Shown here in pieces: positions 30,290 to 39,736 of a stretch of 64,000 bases of DNA. The notes beneath the pieces are model-generated. The model was not told the origin of the DNA. It searched no databases and was given only the letters and a program-made list of their open reading frames with translations. The stretch is from positions 32,001 through 96,000 of IMG/VR virus record IMGVR_UViG_3300017818_000007, one strand, 5' to 3'. The stretch is from a virus. Positions within the stretch are counted from its first letter, which is position 1. Each line of letters begins with the position of its first letter. The position numbers and the translations under genes were made by a program.

Positions 30290-31294
30290 CTATGCCCCAA
30301 ACACTATCGAATAAACAATGTCAGCAGAGTCAACATATTCTCTAGTTGTCACTGATTGTGGATCACTTGATCTTGTAATATTCTCTGACATTAATAATTC
30401 TGTAAATTTTCCTGTAGAAGGTTTACCCGCTCCTATTCTAGTATTTTCAATTGATGTATTCACAACTGGTAAATTGCTACCAGAGGAAGTAATTCTTCCT
30501 TGTTCAATATCGTTAACAGTAAACACAACAGCATTACCTGCTTTAAATTCTAAATTAGACTGAGATTCTAATGTTGGCTCACCCGCTGAATCAATTTTAA
30601 AACTTTTTGCAATAACATTTCCGCCAACAAATAAGTCTTTTGCAATACCTACGCCGCCAGCAGTAATTAATGATCCAGTAGTAGGACTTGTTGACTGTGT
30701 AGTATTTGTTAGTGTTAATTGTCCACTTTGAGAAATATTTGCATTAACAGCAAGGTCATCTCTAAATTCACTAGTTCCAGTGACTAATAAACTAGTAAAA
30801 CTACCAATACCTGTAATTTCTGGATCTACAAAAACAAAATCGCCTCGAATAGCATTTGCTACATCAGCATAATAATATCCACTTGCAGTTGCAGGAACTA
30901 CCCATTCAACATATCCATCTTGTTTATTATGTGCTAAATTACCTGTAGAAACAGTACCGTCTTTAACGTGTTGAATATCTGCTGTGACTAAGTTATCGTT
31001 TTCGTCTCTAATATTAAAACTAATAGATGTTAGATCTAAATTAAAACGATAAGTTCGGCCTTTTGTTAATGTAATATCTGGATTTCCGTCTGTTCCATCA
31101 ACAGTAAAGTTTCCATTTGATTCACCTATTGCAATTTCAACTGTTGTGAGTGTATCAGAAACCTGTTGAATAATATCTTCAATTGGTGTTTCACTTGATA
31201 AACTTTTTACAGATACATTACCGTCAGCATCAACCGTAAATCCCGGTCCTTTGAAGCCATATTTACTGAAAAATGGATTTAGTGTGACTGCCAT
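30290..31294 (-). CDS. Virion structural protein
   Basis: Contains ITLTKGRTYRFNL and GSLITAGGVGIAKDLFVGGNV fibre-type segments. Confidence 0.6.
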   Translation of the reverse strand: MAVTLNPFFSKYGFKGPGFTVDADGNVSVKSLSSETPIEDIIQQVSDTLTTVEIAIGESNGNFTVDGTDGNPDITLTKGRTYRFNLDLTSISFNIRDENDNLVTADIQHVKDGTVSTGNLAHNKQDGYVEWVVPATASGYYYADVANAIRGDFVFVDPEITGIGSFTSLLVTGTSEFRDDLAVNANISQSGQLTLTNTTQSTSPTTGSLITAGGVGIAKDLFVGGNVIAKSFKIDSAGEPTLESQSNLEFKAGNAVVFTVNDIEQGRITSSGSNLPVVNTSIENTRIGAGKPSTGKFTELLMSENITRSSDPQSVTTREYVDSADIVYSIVFGA

Positions 31295-31337
31295 TTAAAA
31301 TCTCCTATACACATATTTACCAAATTGTAGTAAACTG

Positions 31338-31757
31338 TTATACAGGAGGATTAATGGTTTTAAAGTATGTTGCTTGAAATAGCACTTTTGCACCAGCCAT
31401 ATCTGTGCTATCTTCTTCTTGTGGAGTGACAATTAAGTCTACATAAGAGTTATTGACTGTTGCTTTTACTTCCAAAATATGCTGTCCTAGATTACTACGT
31501 CCGTATACGGTTAAATCTGCTGTATTTTTACCTGCTGTGACTATACATTTTATAATTTCTCTATTAAATGTGTCATAGTCAGCAACAATTGAATATTCAA
31601 CAGCACAAAACTCTCCTAAATGCCACCTATCTAATCGTGTTTCAATAGGCAGACCCGCAAGTTTTTGCCACGGGCCTACATATGAAAAATTAGTGCCGTT
31701 TTTGAGAGCAAGTGTGTTTTTTGCACCTTTACTGAAAAAATACTTTAACCATTCCAT
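31338..31757 (-). CDS. Small beta-rich virion protein
   Basis: 139-aa ORF preceded by TAAATA-N5-ATG. Confidence 0.55.
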   Translation of the reverse strand: MEWLKYFFSKGAKNTLALKNGTNFSYVGPWQKLAGLPIETRLDRWHLGEFCAVEYSIVADYDTFNREIIKCIVTAGKNTADLTVYGRSNLGQHILEVKATVNNSYVDLIVTPQEEDSTDMAGAKVLFQATYFKTINPPV

Positions 31758-31765
31758 GTTAGTAT

Positions 31766-33583
31766 TTATTGATTCTTTAACGTAATCAACTTACCATGCT
31801 CTGGAAGATACAAGTATTCAATATCGCTTTGTTGTAGTGTCCAAAAAGCATCTTCTAGGGTTTCTACTAATGGTTCACCACCTAGATTAAAACTAGTATT
31901 AAAAATAATTGGAACTCCAGTTTTATCTTTAAATGTTTTAATTAAATCATAGTAGTGTTCGTTTTGATCTCTGTTAACACTTTGAATACGGCAAGTACCA
32001 TCTACGTGAATAATTGCCGGAATTTTTTGTTCAACTCCTTCTTGGCAATTTACAGCATACATCATACTAGGCGAACTCTCCATGCCACGTAAATCAAACC
32101 ATTCGTGTACATCTTCTTCAAGAATTGTACCAGCAAATGGACGGAAATATTCTCTGCGTTTTACTTGATTAACGTGATCTTTACCTTCAGGATCGCGTGG
32201 ATCATAAAGAATACTTCTATTACCTAATGCTCTAGGACCATTTTCTGAACGTCCTTGGAACATTGAAACAATATTTTTATCTGTAATTAAATCAATTACT
32301 GTTTCGTGTGTAGCATCACTAACTTCTGCTTCATATTCTTCTGCAAGTTTAGAAATATCTTCATTGGTGTATTCGTATTTAGGACCAAGATAAAGTTTGT
32401 GTGTAATAGGAGAAACTGTATTGTCCTGTGTAATACTTCTATGAATAAACATTGCCGCACCCATTGCAGTACCTGCATCGTTTGAAACAGGCTCAACATA
32501 AATGTTAATTCCTTCATCTTTTAATGCATCTAAGTAGTGATAGTTTGCAACACAATTGAGTGCATAACCTCCTGAAATAACAATATTCTTTTCACCTGTC
32601 ATTTCAACAGCACGTCTAATTAGATTAACAACTTGATCTTGTGTTTGTGTTTGCACAGCATAAGCCATATCTCTACGGTTTGTTAAATATGTTCTATCTG
32701 CCATATTAGATTGTGATTTTTGCATATCAATATCTTCTTCTAAGAAATCGTATGCAAGTCTATTAACCATTGCGCCATTTGGATAGTTAGGAATAATCAA
32801 CTGTCTATTAACAGTTGGATGTTTACCTTCATTACTAAACAATGGTGGAATTTTATCATTCTCTTTACCATATGGAAATAGTCCCATAGTCTTACCTGCT
32901 TCAATAGAACTAAATCCGCAATATTCTGTGACTGCTTCATAAGATTTAGTAATACCTGCTCCGTCAGTAATTACACAAGTATGTGTACCATCTTCGTTGT
33001 ACATTGAACTATCAAAGTTTGGATTTACTAAGTGTACACTAGGTTGTTGTACACCAATATGTTTCCAAATAGTTTTAAAGTTTCCTGGGTAGTCACAAGT
33101 AAAAATACTTTCAGTTTCCCAACCCATAATCATTTCGCCATTAAAGTTTAATGGAATGAAAGTGCCAGCACCGTCAACTACGACTGCTGTTGCTTTTTCA
33201 AAACCTGAACGATAAAACGCCAGTGCCGCGTGTAGTTTGTGGTGAACAAAACTCATGTCAATAACTTGACTATGCTCATATGGGTTATCTTTTCTATTGA
33301 TTAAACCAATTTTTCTTGCAAGACCTGTATAAACATCGTCACCTGTATAATCAACTTTAGGTGCTGTTTCTTTTAGATTTTGCGTATGAGCAACTACAAG
33401 ATAGTCAATTTTATCTGTATACTCTTTAATTTTAATCATTGAGGCAAAAGGGCCGCCGTCATACTTTTGTCTAGAAAGTCTTTCTTCTTCTACAGAAAAA
33501 ACTACTTCTCCGTCTTTTAACAAGCATACACCAGAATTATGACCTCTGGCAATACCTGCAATCCATACTGGTTTCTTACTCAT
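31766..33583 (-). CDS. O-carbamoyltransferase, NodU/CmcH/TobZ family
   Basis: GHNSGVCL, EEERLSR.K, HHKLHA, VVDGAG, EAGKTMGL..YG, GGYALNCVAN, NDAGTAMGAA, GPRALGNRS, RPFA, HVDGTCRIQ and NTSFN. Confidence 0.93.
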   Translation of the reverse strand: MSKKPVWIAGIARGHNSGVCLLKDGEVVFSVEEERLSRQKYDGGPFASMIKIKEYTDKIDYLVVAHTQNLKETAPKVDYTGDDVYTGLARKIGLINRKDNPYEHSQVIDMSFVHHKLHAALAFYRSGFEKATAVVVDGAGTFIPLNFNGEMIMGWETESIFTCDYPGNFKTIWKHIGVQQPSVHLVNPNFDSSMYNEDGTHTCVITDGAGITKSYEAVTEYCGFSSIEAGKTMGLFPYGKENDKIPPLFSNEGKHPTVNRQLIIPNYPNGAMVNRLAYDFLEEDIDMQKSQSNMADRTYLTNRRDMAYAVQTQTQDQVVNLIRRAVEMTGEKNIVISGGYALNCVANYHYLDALKDEGINIYVEPVSNDAGTAMGAAMFIHRSITQDNTVSPITHKLYLGPKYEYTNEDISKLAEEYEAEVSDATHETVIDLITDKNIVSMFQGRSENGPRALGNRSILYDPRDPEGKDHVNQVKRREYFRPFAGTILEEDVHEWFDLRGMESSPSMMYAVNCQEGVEQKIPAIIHVDGTCRIQSVNRDQNEHYYDLIKTFKDKTGVPIIFNTSFNLGGEPLVETLEDAFWTLQQSDIEYLYLPEHGKLITLKNQ

Positions 33584-34779
33584 TATTTCTCCTTGGTAGC
33601 ACTTGGATTAAATTTAGGTGGTACAACACCAAACTGTGAACTCATTGCAGTTGATGCCGCCATTGCTTCATTCATAGCCTGCGGAGGAGCCATCATTGGC
33701 ATACCTTGCTGTGGCATATGATGTTGATGTCCGTGTTCGTGTACTACGCCATGCACAGGACAAACTTCACCTTGCTGTTGCTGGCCTTCACCTTGCAACT
33801 GTGCTTTCATTTTAATTTCTGTTTGTTTTGCTGGATATTTTTTAAGTCCATTTTGTACACTCTTAACAACTTCTTCAACTCGTGCTTCAGACATCTTCAT
33901 AATACCGTCATTGATTCTGTCGCACATTTCGTCAGGTGTAATTCTAATAGGAGCATATTCTCTTTCTTTTTCACCTAGATCAATAATATCAAACTTTTTA
34001 TGGTTAACGTGTGAAATGTTAATAGGATATGTACTTCCTGTAATTACTGTTGCTGGTGTATCAGTAGCATGGGCAATATGTTGTCCAACACTATCACAAC
34101 CAATAAAATAATCACAGCCTTTGATTAGACCTGCCCATTGTCTTAGTGTAATTCCTTGCGGAATTGGAACCGGGACTTCGATTTTCGCAACACTAAAATC
34201 AATAGGCATTTCGGCCATAACCATCACTGCGTGATTCTTTTTCTGTAATTTTTTAATTAGATTGACTAGATCTTCATATTCAATACTTCTTGATGTGCTA
34301 TCATTAAACACACCATCTCTATAACTAACACCTCTACCAAATGGTTGAATAATAATTACTTTTTCTTTTCCTGTAATTTGTCTTACTTCATTAAGTGTAA
34401 TTTCACCATTAAGAACTTCTTCTCGATTTAACTTAATTGTAGGTATTGATAGTTCTCTTGGTTCATCAAGATTATTAATAATCATATCAAAGGCTTGTCC
34501 TAAACTTGCCTTTTGATTATAATAATACCAATTTCTGTATGGTTCTGGACTTACACAATTTCTATCTTTGATCTTGTCATTGAATAAGTGTTTGTGCCAC
34601 AAATCGTATGCACGTTTGTCTAAGTCCGGGTGTCCTTTGTAAAATTCAGTACCACCCTCACAAACGATAATAAAATCATCGTCTGGATTTGCTTCTCTAA
34701 ATTTTTCCAATGCTGGAATAGAAGCAATTACACGGCCAGCGCCACCGTTAATAAAAAATGCTGTTGATCTAGTCGTCAT
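33583..34779 (-). CDS. GT-B glycosyltransferase, GT9 (ADP-heptose heptosyltransferase-like)
   Basis: N-terminal GGAGRVIASIPAL, central IIIQPFG, and C-terminal LRQWAGLIKGCDYFIGCDSVGQHIAHATDTPATVITGST matching the GT9 DSG..H.A.A...P.....G.T signature. Confidence 0.78.
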   Translation of the reverse strand: MTTRSTAFFINGGAGRVIASIPALEKFREANPDDDFIIVCEGGTEFYKGHPDLDKRAYDLWHKHLFNDKIKDRNCVSPEPYRNWYYYNQKASLGQAFDMIINNLDEPRELSIPTIKLNREEVLNGEITLNEVRQITGKEKVIIIQPFGRGVSYRDGVFNDSTSRSIEYEDLVNLIKKLQKKNHAVMVMAEMPIDFSVAKIEVPVPIPQGITLRQWAGLIKGCDYFIGCDSVGQHIAHATDTPATVITGSTYPINISHVNHKKFDIIDLGEKEREYAPIRITPDEMCDRINDGIMKMSEARVEEVVKSVQNGLKKYPAKQTEIKMKAQLQGEGQQQQGEVCPVHGVVHEHGHQHHMPQQGMPMMAPPQAMNEAMAASTAMSSQFGVVPPKFNPSATKEK

Positions 34780-34853
34780 TTAAGCCCCTTGTAAATTACT
34801 ATTCGTACGAATATTTACCGGGCATATTTTTTAGTGGATTAGAAAGTGGTTAG

Positions 34854-35612
34854 TTAAAACTTACGTTCTGGATCGTTTGCTTCGTCACGCTCAAAAGGAT
34901 TACCTTCTAGGATATCACCTCTTGGGTTATCTGGAAAAGGCACCATCCATGGATCCCATTCATCTACAGGAAACTTGTTGCGTAGATTCTTAAGTTCTGC
35001 AATGTGATCAACTACCTTTTGTCTGTGTTCTGCATTAGCAGGATCTGACAGGCTTTCATCATTAATTAATTCTTGTTCACAATGCCAAACTAGATTATCG
35101 CGGGTTTGTAAGAATAATTCTTCGTTCATTGAAGGTTTTTCCCACGGAAATGGTTTAACAAATTCTTTTTTATCAAAATCGTATTTGATTTCATCTTGAG
35201 CATATGCTTCATTTGGAATAAGAGGTTCTGATTTCCAATAGTATACAGTATCATCGCCATCAATTTTCCATGTTTTACAAGGATAATTTGCTTCATCCCC
35301 CATGTCCATCCAACATAATGTTGCCAACAAAGGTTCTTTAGTAGCGTCAACTAAAATAGCATCGTGTCCTTGTCCTGCCCAACGTTCAATTTCTTCTTCT
35401 TGACTTTTGTTCTCAGGATCATATGCAAAAGCATCCATGCCCACTTCAAGCAATGATGTTTCTTTGTTAATAAATACCCAAATTTTTTCAGGGCCTTCGT
35501 ATGTAAATGTTCCAGTCTTACCTAAGTCATTAGTTTGATATCCAAACTTATCAGGAACATCATATGTAAATTCAACTTTTACTTTAGGTAGCCATGATGG
35601 ATGTTCGCTCAT
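34854..35612 (-). CDS. Tail-fibre assembly chaperone-like protein (paralog A)
   Basis: C-terminal QTRDNL...ELKNLRNKFP..WDPWMVPFPDNP; clear paralog of the next gene. Confidence 0.5.
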   Translation of the reverse strand: MSEHPSWLPKVKVEFTYDVPDKFGYQTNDLGKTGTFTYEGPEKIWVFINKETSLLEVGMDAFAYDPENKSQEEEIERWAGQGHDAILVDATKEPLLATLCWMDMGDEANYPCKTWKIDGDDTVYYWKSEPLIPNEAYAQDEIKYDFDKKEFVKPFPWEKPSMNEELFLQTRDNLVWHCEQELINDESLSDPANAEHRQKVVDHIAELKNLRNKFPVDEWDPWMVPFPDNPRGDILEGNPFERDEANDPERKF

Positions 35613-36343
35613 TATCTATCCTCCTCAGGTACAACACTGTTTTCTGTTGTATCAACTCTTGGATCATCTGGAAATGGAACCATCCATGGATCCCAATGTG
35701 TTGATGGAAATTTTTCTTCAAGTCCATTTAACTCATCAATGTAGTCATTTAAATCAGCAATAACATCGTCAAATTCACCATCAGCATTATCACGTGTTAA
35801 ATCAGTAATACTTGATTGTGCTGAAGCAATAATTGCATCTTTACCGCTCCATAATTCATCCCATGTCATGTGCGGTTTTTTCCACGGATATGGTTTATTG
35901 AATACTTTATTAATTGGATCATAAGTAATTTCTCCAATTTCGTATGTATGATCTGGAGTAGGATTAGCCGCTCTTGAATAGTATACTGTTGTATCACTAG
36001 CATCTTGTTGTTCTCTAGTAAATTCTACTTGAGGATAATCTGCTTGATCAATGTTCATACTAAATGCAGAAGCAAGTACAGGATCTGTTTTTGCATCTAC
36101 TAATACTGCATAAGCGCCGGCTCCGGCTTGTAATTCTTGTTGTTCTTGTGTGTTTGGATCACCGTCATCTGCAATCCAGCCATTTTCTGGCATAACTCTA
36201 TTTGTTTCTGAATTGCAAACAATCCATAACTTTGCCGGACCAGTATAGGTAAAAGTAGTAGTCAAACCCAACTCGTTTGTTTGATACAAATACTTGTCTG
36301 GAATATCATATTCAAATGTAAATGTAATTTCTTTAACTGCCAT
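35612..36343 (-). CDS. Tail-fibre assembly chaperone-like protein (paralog B)
   Basis: Shares YD.PDK..YQTN.LG.T.TFTY.GP and KFP...WDPWMVPFPD.P with paralog A. Confidence 0.5.
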   Translation of the reverse strand: MAVKEITFTFEYDIPDKYLYQTNELGLTTTFTYTGPAKLWIVCNSETNRVMPENGWIADDGDPNTQEQQELQAGAGAYAVLVDAKTDPVLASAFSMNIDQADYPQVEFTREQQDASDTTVYYSRAANPTPDHTYEIGEITYDPINKVFNKPYPWKKPHMTWDELWSGKDAIIASAQSSITDLTRDNADGEFDDVIADLNDYIDELNGLEEKFPSTHWDPWMVPFPDDPRVDTTENSVVPEEDR

Positions 36344-36363
36344 TTTCTATCCTATATCTTTAA

Positions 36364-37212
36364 TTATGATGTATACCATGTAATTCTAATCATTCCTGGA
36401 GTTCCATATGAACCACAGTGACATCCGCCTGACCATCTTACGTAAGTTGCTCCACCTTGTCCTGGAACATACTGTGAGTGTAGTCTAGCAAAACCTGTAT
36501 AGTCTGCCGCCGCACAGTTAACAAATGTACTAAAGCCTCTATCGCCGCCTTGTACACCAACTGTACCACCGCACTTGTTAAATAATCCGCCTGGATATGG
36601 GAAGTGAATCTTGTGACAGCAATGTCCGCCACAGGCTCTGTGTTGCATCCATCCACGTACACCACATACCATAAAGTCACCACCACTTGCTTCAGCAGGG
36701 TTATCGTTAATACAACAATTACAGTTCCAAGCACGGCAACAGCAATAACCTGTCACATAACATCCGCAACCTGGGAAACAGAATGAACAGCCTGGTTTAC
36801 CACCACCTGCACACATATTAACATTACAACCACTAATTCTTGAACGGCATCCTCTAAATCCATTTCTACCGTTGTGACAACAACTTTGTTGTCCTAAACA
36901 TAAATCATAACACCATCCCTGTGATACTGAAATAGTTTTACGTGCATAAGCACCGCCACCACCTGGTGCACCATTCATACAACAACAAGATACACCACCT
37001 CCGCCTCCGCCTCCGAAGGTTTCAAATGTTGCTCTTACTGCATCTGCAGGAACAATAAATGCAAAACAACAATCAAACTGATAGTTATCGTGTGCATTGT
37101 CGCCGTTAAAGCAGTGTCTTTTGTATATAAATGTACATCCATTAGGCAAATCTGTGACTGACTGTCCTTGATTTAACTTTAATTCGCTTACATATGAACT
37201 TAGTGTTGCCAT
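36364..37212 (-). CDS. Cys-rich glycine-rich-domain protein 1 (fibre-tip-like)
   Basis: FETFGGGGGGG, GGGGAYARKT and G.PGMIRITW; about 32 Cys in 282 aa (hand count). Confidence 0.65.
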   Translation of the reverse strand: MATLSSYVSELKLNQGQSVTDLPNGCTFIYKRHCFNGDNAHDNYQFDCCFAFIVPADAVRATFETFGGGGGGGVSCCCMNGAPGGGGAYARKTISVSQGWCYDLCLGQQSCCHNGRNGFRGCRSRISGCNVNMCAGGGKPGCSFCFPGCGCYVTGYCCCRAWNCNCCINDNPAEASGGDFMVCGVRGWMQHRACGGHCCHKIHFPYPGGLFNKCGGTVGVQGGDRGFSTFVNCAAADYTGFARLHSQYVPGQGGATYVRWSGGCHCGSYGTPGMIRITWYTS

Positions 37213-37227
37213 GTTAATATTTACCCC

Positions 37228-38088
37228 TTATGTTGTACAATCATTATAAGTTATTCTTACCATACCTGCAGTACCAGGGAAGCCATAACAGCATCCGTCA
37301 CCACAAGCAGTAGCAGTTGGTCCACCTAATCCTGGAGTCCAACCAGATGTTCTACCAGTTGTCCATTGTCCAATAACCGGATTACATCTTGCCCATTCCT
37401 GATTACAAGCATTACCGTTATTTTGTGTACTTGTAAATCCGCCTGTCATGTTGTTTAATCCGCCTGGATAATGATATAAAATTTTCCACCAACACGCACC
37501 ACAAGTACATTGTGCCCATGTAGCACTTGGTCTTCCTGGTGATCCACCGTCAGCACCGTAATAACATCTGCAACACAAACAACACATTCTATCTGTGTAA
37601 TAGTATCCGCAGTTATTACCTAAACAGTTAAATGCACCCCAGTGTACAAAACAGCACGACTGACCGCCATTACCGCCGTCTGCACAGAAATTAGTTAATC
37701 CGTTTCCTGTGATATAACCTTTACATCCTAAAATTCCGCAACAGCATTGGGCACAACAAGTAGCAGGTCCTGGATAAAGATTATAACAATCACCCGGACT
37801 AAAATCTCCGTCACCTGAATTTAAACATTTATATGCCCATGCACCTGAACCGCCTGGAGGTCCGCCTGAACATCCACACGAGCCGCCACCTGAGCCACCG
37901 CCGCCCCATACTTCCATTTTTAGACAGGTCATGCCTTGTGGTACACACCAGTAAAGCATACACGTATCACCGTATGACGAATCACAATAACAAGTACAGA
38001 AAGGTCTGAATGTCATTGTACATTGTTTTTCCATCGGCTTTAAATCTTCTACGGATACTGAGCCAATTAATGATCTTAAAGTTGCCAT
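37228..38088 (-). CDS. Cys-rich glycine-rich-domain protein 2
   Basis: MEVWGGGGSGG, GGSGAWAYK and GTAGMVRITY; about 36 Cys in 286 aa. Confidence 0.65.
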   Translation of the reverse strand: MATLRSLIGSVSVEDLKPMEKQCTMTFRPFCTCYCDSSYGDTCMLYWCVPQGMTCLKMEVWGGGGSGGGSCGCSGGPPGGSGAWAYKCLNSGDGDFSPGDCYNLYPGPATCCAQCCCGILGCKGYITGNGLTNFCADGGNGGQSCCFVHWGAFNCLGNNCGYYYTDRMCCLCCRCYYGADGGSPGRPSATWAQCTCGACWWKILYHYPGGLNNMTGGFTSTQNNGNACNQEWARCNPVIGQWTTGRTSGWTPGLGGPTATACGDGCCYGFPGTAGMVRITYNDCTT

Positions 38089-38100
38089 TCCATTCCTTCC

Positions 38101-39000
38101 TTACGTTAAGTTAATCCTTACAAAGCCTGGTCCGCCTGGGCCACCGCAATAACAGTTGCCACCTTGTGCAGATCCTGAAGAACCACCTTTACCTGGTGCC
38201 GCGTGGTGATCATCACCAGCACCCATTAATCCTCGTCCTGTTGCACAACCTGCAAATGAACCATGGTGGTTATATGCACAGAATCTAATAAAGTCATATC
38301 TATATCCGCACTGGTCAAGCATTCCTGGTAGAATGTTTAAGTGCTTATACCAACAAGCGTTGCTATCTTTTTGATGTGTTTGTATTCCGCCTAATCTTCC
38401 TGGGAAGCCGAAGTCAGCGTCGAACCAACAAGCACAACAATTTTCATATCTTGGATCCATAAATGTACCACAACCGCTTGTACCGCAAGAACATTGGCTA
38501 TCTAAACATTCAAACATAAAGCATTTAGAATCGCCTGGTTGTCCGCCTTCTGCACAGAAGTTAGTCACTGCTGTAAGTTGATCGTTTCTTGTCATGTATC
38601 CATTATTAATGTAGGTTTTACAACCTCTGTATCCACAGTCTCTATTTGGTGAACAACAAGCCGGTGGAGCAATACAAATTCTATATTCTGTCTTACAACT
38701 CTGTACATTAATACAATCTAATCTAGCATAAGCACCTGATCCAGCACCAAAGCCCCACATACAGCAACAGACGCCAGCACCGCCTCCGCCGCCGCCCCAC
38801 ATTTCAATTCTTAAAAAACGAATGTCAGGTTCAGGTGTCCAGCAAAACTCGTGTTTACATTCATCTCTAGCATGAGTGATTCCACAAGTTGTAGCAAATG
38901 CAACAGTACAATCGTCGTATTTCCACTTAGGCATCGACGGATTATCAGTATCGAAATCCTCTTTTAATGCTTTGTCTAGTAAACTTTTTAAGTTTGCCAT
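38101..39000 (-). CDS. Cys-rich glycine-rich-domain protein 3
   Basis: IEMWGGGGGG, GAGSGAYAR and GGPGFVRINL; about 29 Cys in 299 aa. Confidence 0.65.
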   Translation of the reverse strand: MANLKSLLDKALKEDFDTDNPSMPKWKYDDCTVAFATTCGITHARDECKHEFCWTPEPDIRFLRIEMWGGGGGGAGVCCCMWGFGAGSGAYARLDCINVQSCKTEYRICIAPPACCSPNRDCGYRGCKTYINNGYMTRNDQLTAVTNFCAEGGQPGDSKCFMFECLDSQCSCGTSGCGTFMDPRYENCCACWFDADFGFPGRLGGIQTHQKDSNACWYKHLNILPGMLDQCGYRYDFIRFCAYNHHGSFAGCATGRGLMGAGDDHHAAPGKGGSSGSAQGGNCYCGGPGGPGFVRINLT

Positions 39001-39035
39001 TTAAATCCCCTATACGTTAATCACAAGTCTAAGTA

Positions 39036-39368
39036 TTATGATGATAACAATACCCAACCATAGTTTGCACCAGAGTACATAATTGTCACAACAGCGTTGT
39101 TAATGTTCAAAGTCAAATCTTCTGTTAAGTTTTGAATTTTTGAACCATTACGAGCGATTGTACAGTTGTTTGTACCAAATGAACCAGTGACATCAACTAT
39201 TTGAATAGTATCACCTTTAACTAAACTTGCGTTAGCCGGTAAAGTAATGGTAAATGCCGCACCGCTTGTATCTGCTAAAATACGGTCATTAACTCTTGCA
39301 GTTAACGCTCCGCTTGCTTCAACAATTACTGCACCGCTTGTACCAGTAGTTGTAATGTATCTTCCCAT
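39036..39368 (-). CDS. Small protein with a gp9/gp10-like baseplate-fibre connector domain
   Basis: DTSGAAFTITLP..GD.I.IVD..GSF.TNN.TIARNG.KI...EDL.L...GW. Confidence 0.6.
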   Translation of the reverse strand: MGRYITTTGTSGAVIVEASGALTARVNDRILADTSGAAFTITLPANASLVKGDTIQIVDVTGSFGTNNCTIARNGSKIQNLTEDLTLNINNAVVTIMYSGANYGWVLLSS

Positions 39369-39400
39369 TGTAGTTTCCTTTTTCTAATTGTATTTAGCCA

Positions 39401-39718
39401 TTACGCCGCAGTTTCAATACCCATCACTACTACGGATGTCGCATCCGCACTTGAGTATGCTACGATCTTCTTACCTGCATCTAGCACTAAACCTGTTCTT
39501 TCTAGAACTCCTTTTGCCATGATCTCAGTGTCATATTCTACCCACTCAGCATCTGTTGGCGTATCTGCCGATGCAACCGCAAGTCTTAGTGACGCGGCTG
39601 TGTTAGATCTATTACAAAAAGATACCGTGACAACGGCATATGTGCTGGCAGGAACAGTGTAAGCAGTGGTATTAACACCTGCCGCTAACGAGTTTGCACC
39701 TAATCTTCCTGTTGCCAT
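39401..39718 (-). CDS. Small beta-sandwich adaptor protein (paralog 1)
   Basis: YTVPA..VVTVSFCNR...LVLDAGKKI; similar to 53244-53573 and 57909-58253. Confidence 0.55.
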   Translation of the reverse strand: MATGRLGANSLAAGVNTTAYTVPASTYAVVTVSFCNRSNTAASLRLAVASADTPTDAEWVEYDTEIMAKGVLERTGLVLDAGKKIVAYSSADATSVVVMGIETAA

Positions 39719-39736
39719 TGTTTTTTTCTCCTTTGT

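Noticed and set aside
36364-39000. RiPP precursor peptides
   Set aside because: About 290 aa with the phage glycine-rich-domain skeleton; no leader/core layout and no radical SAM, YcaO or lanthipeptide enzymes nearby.
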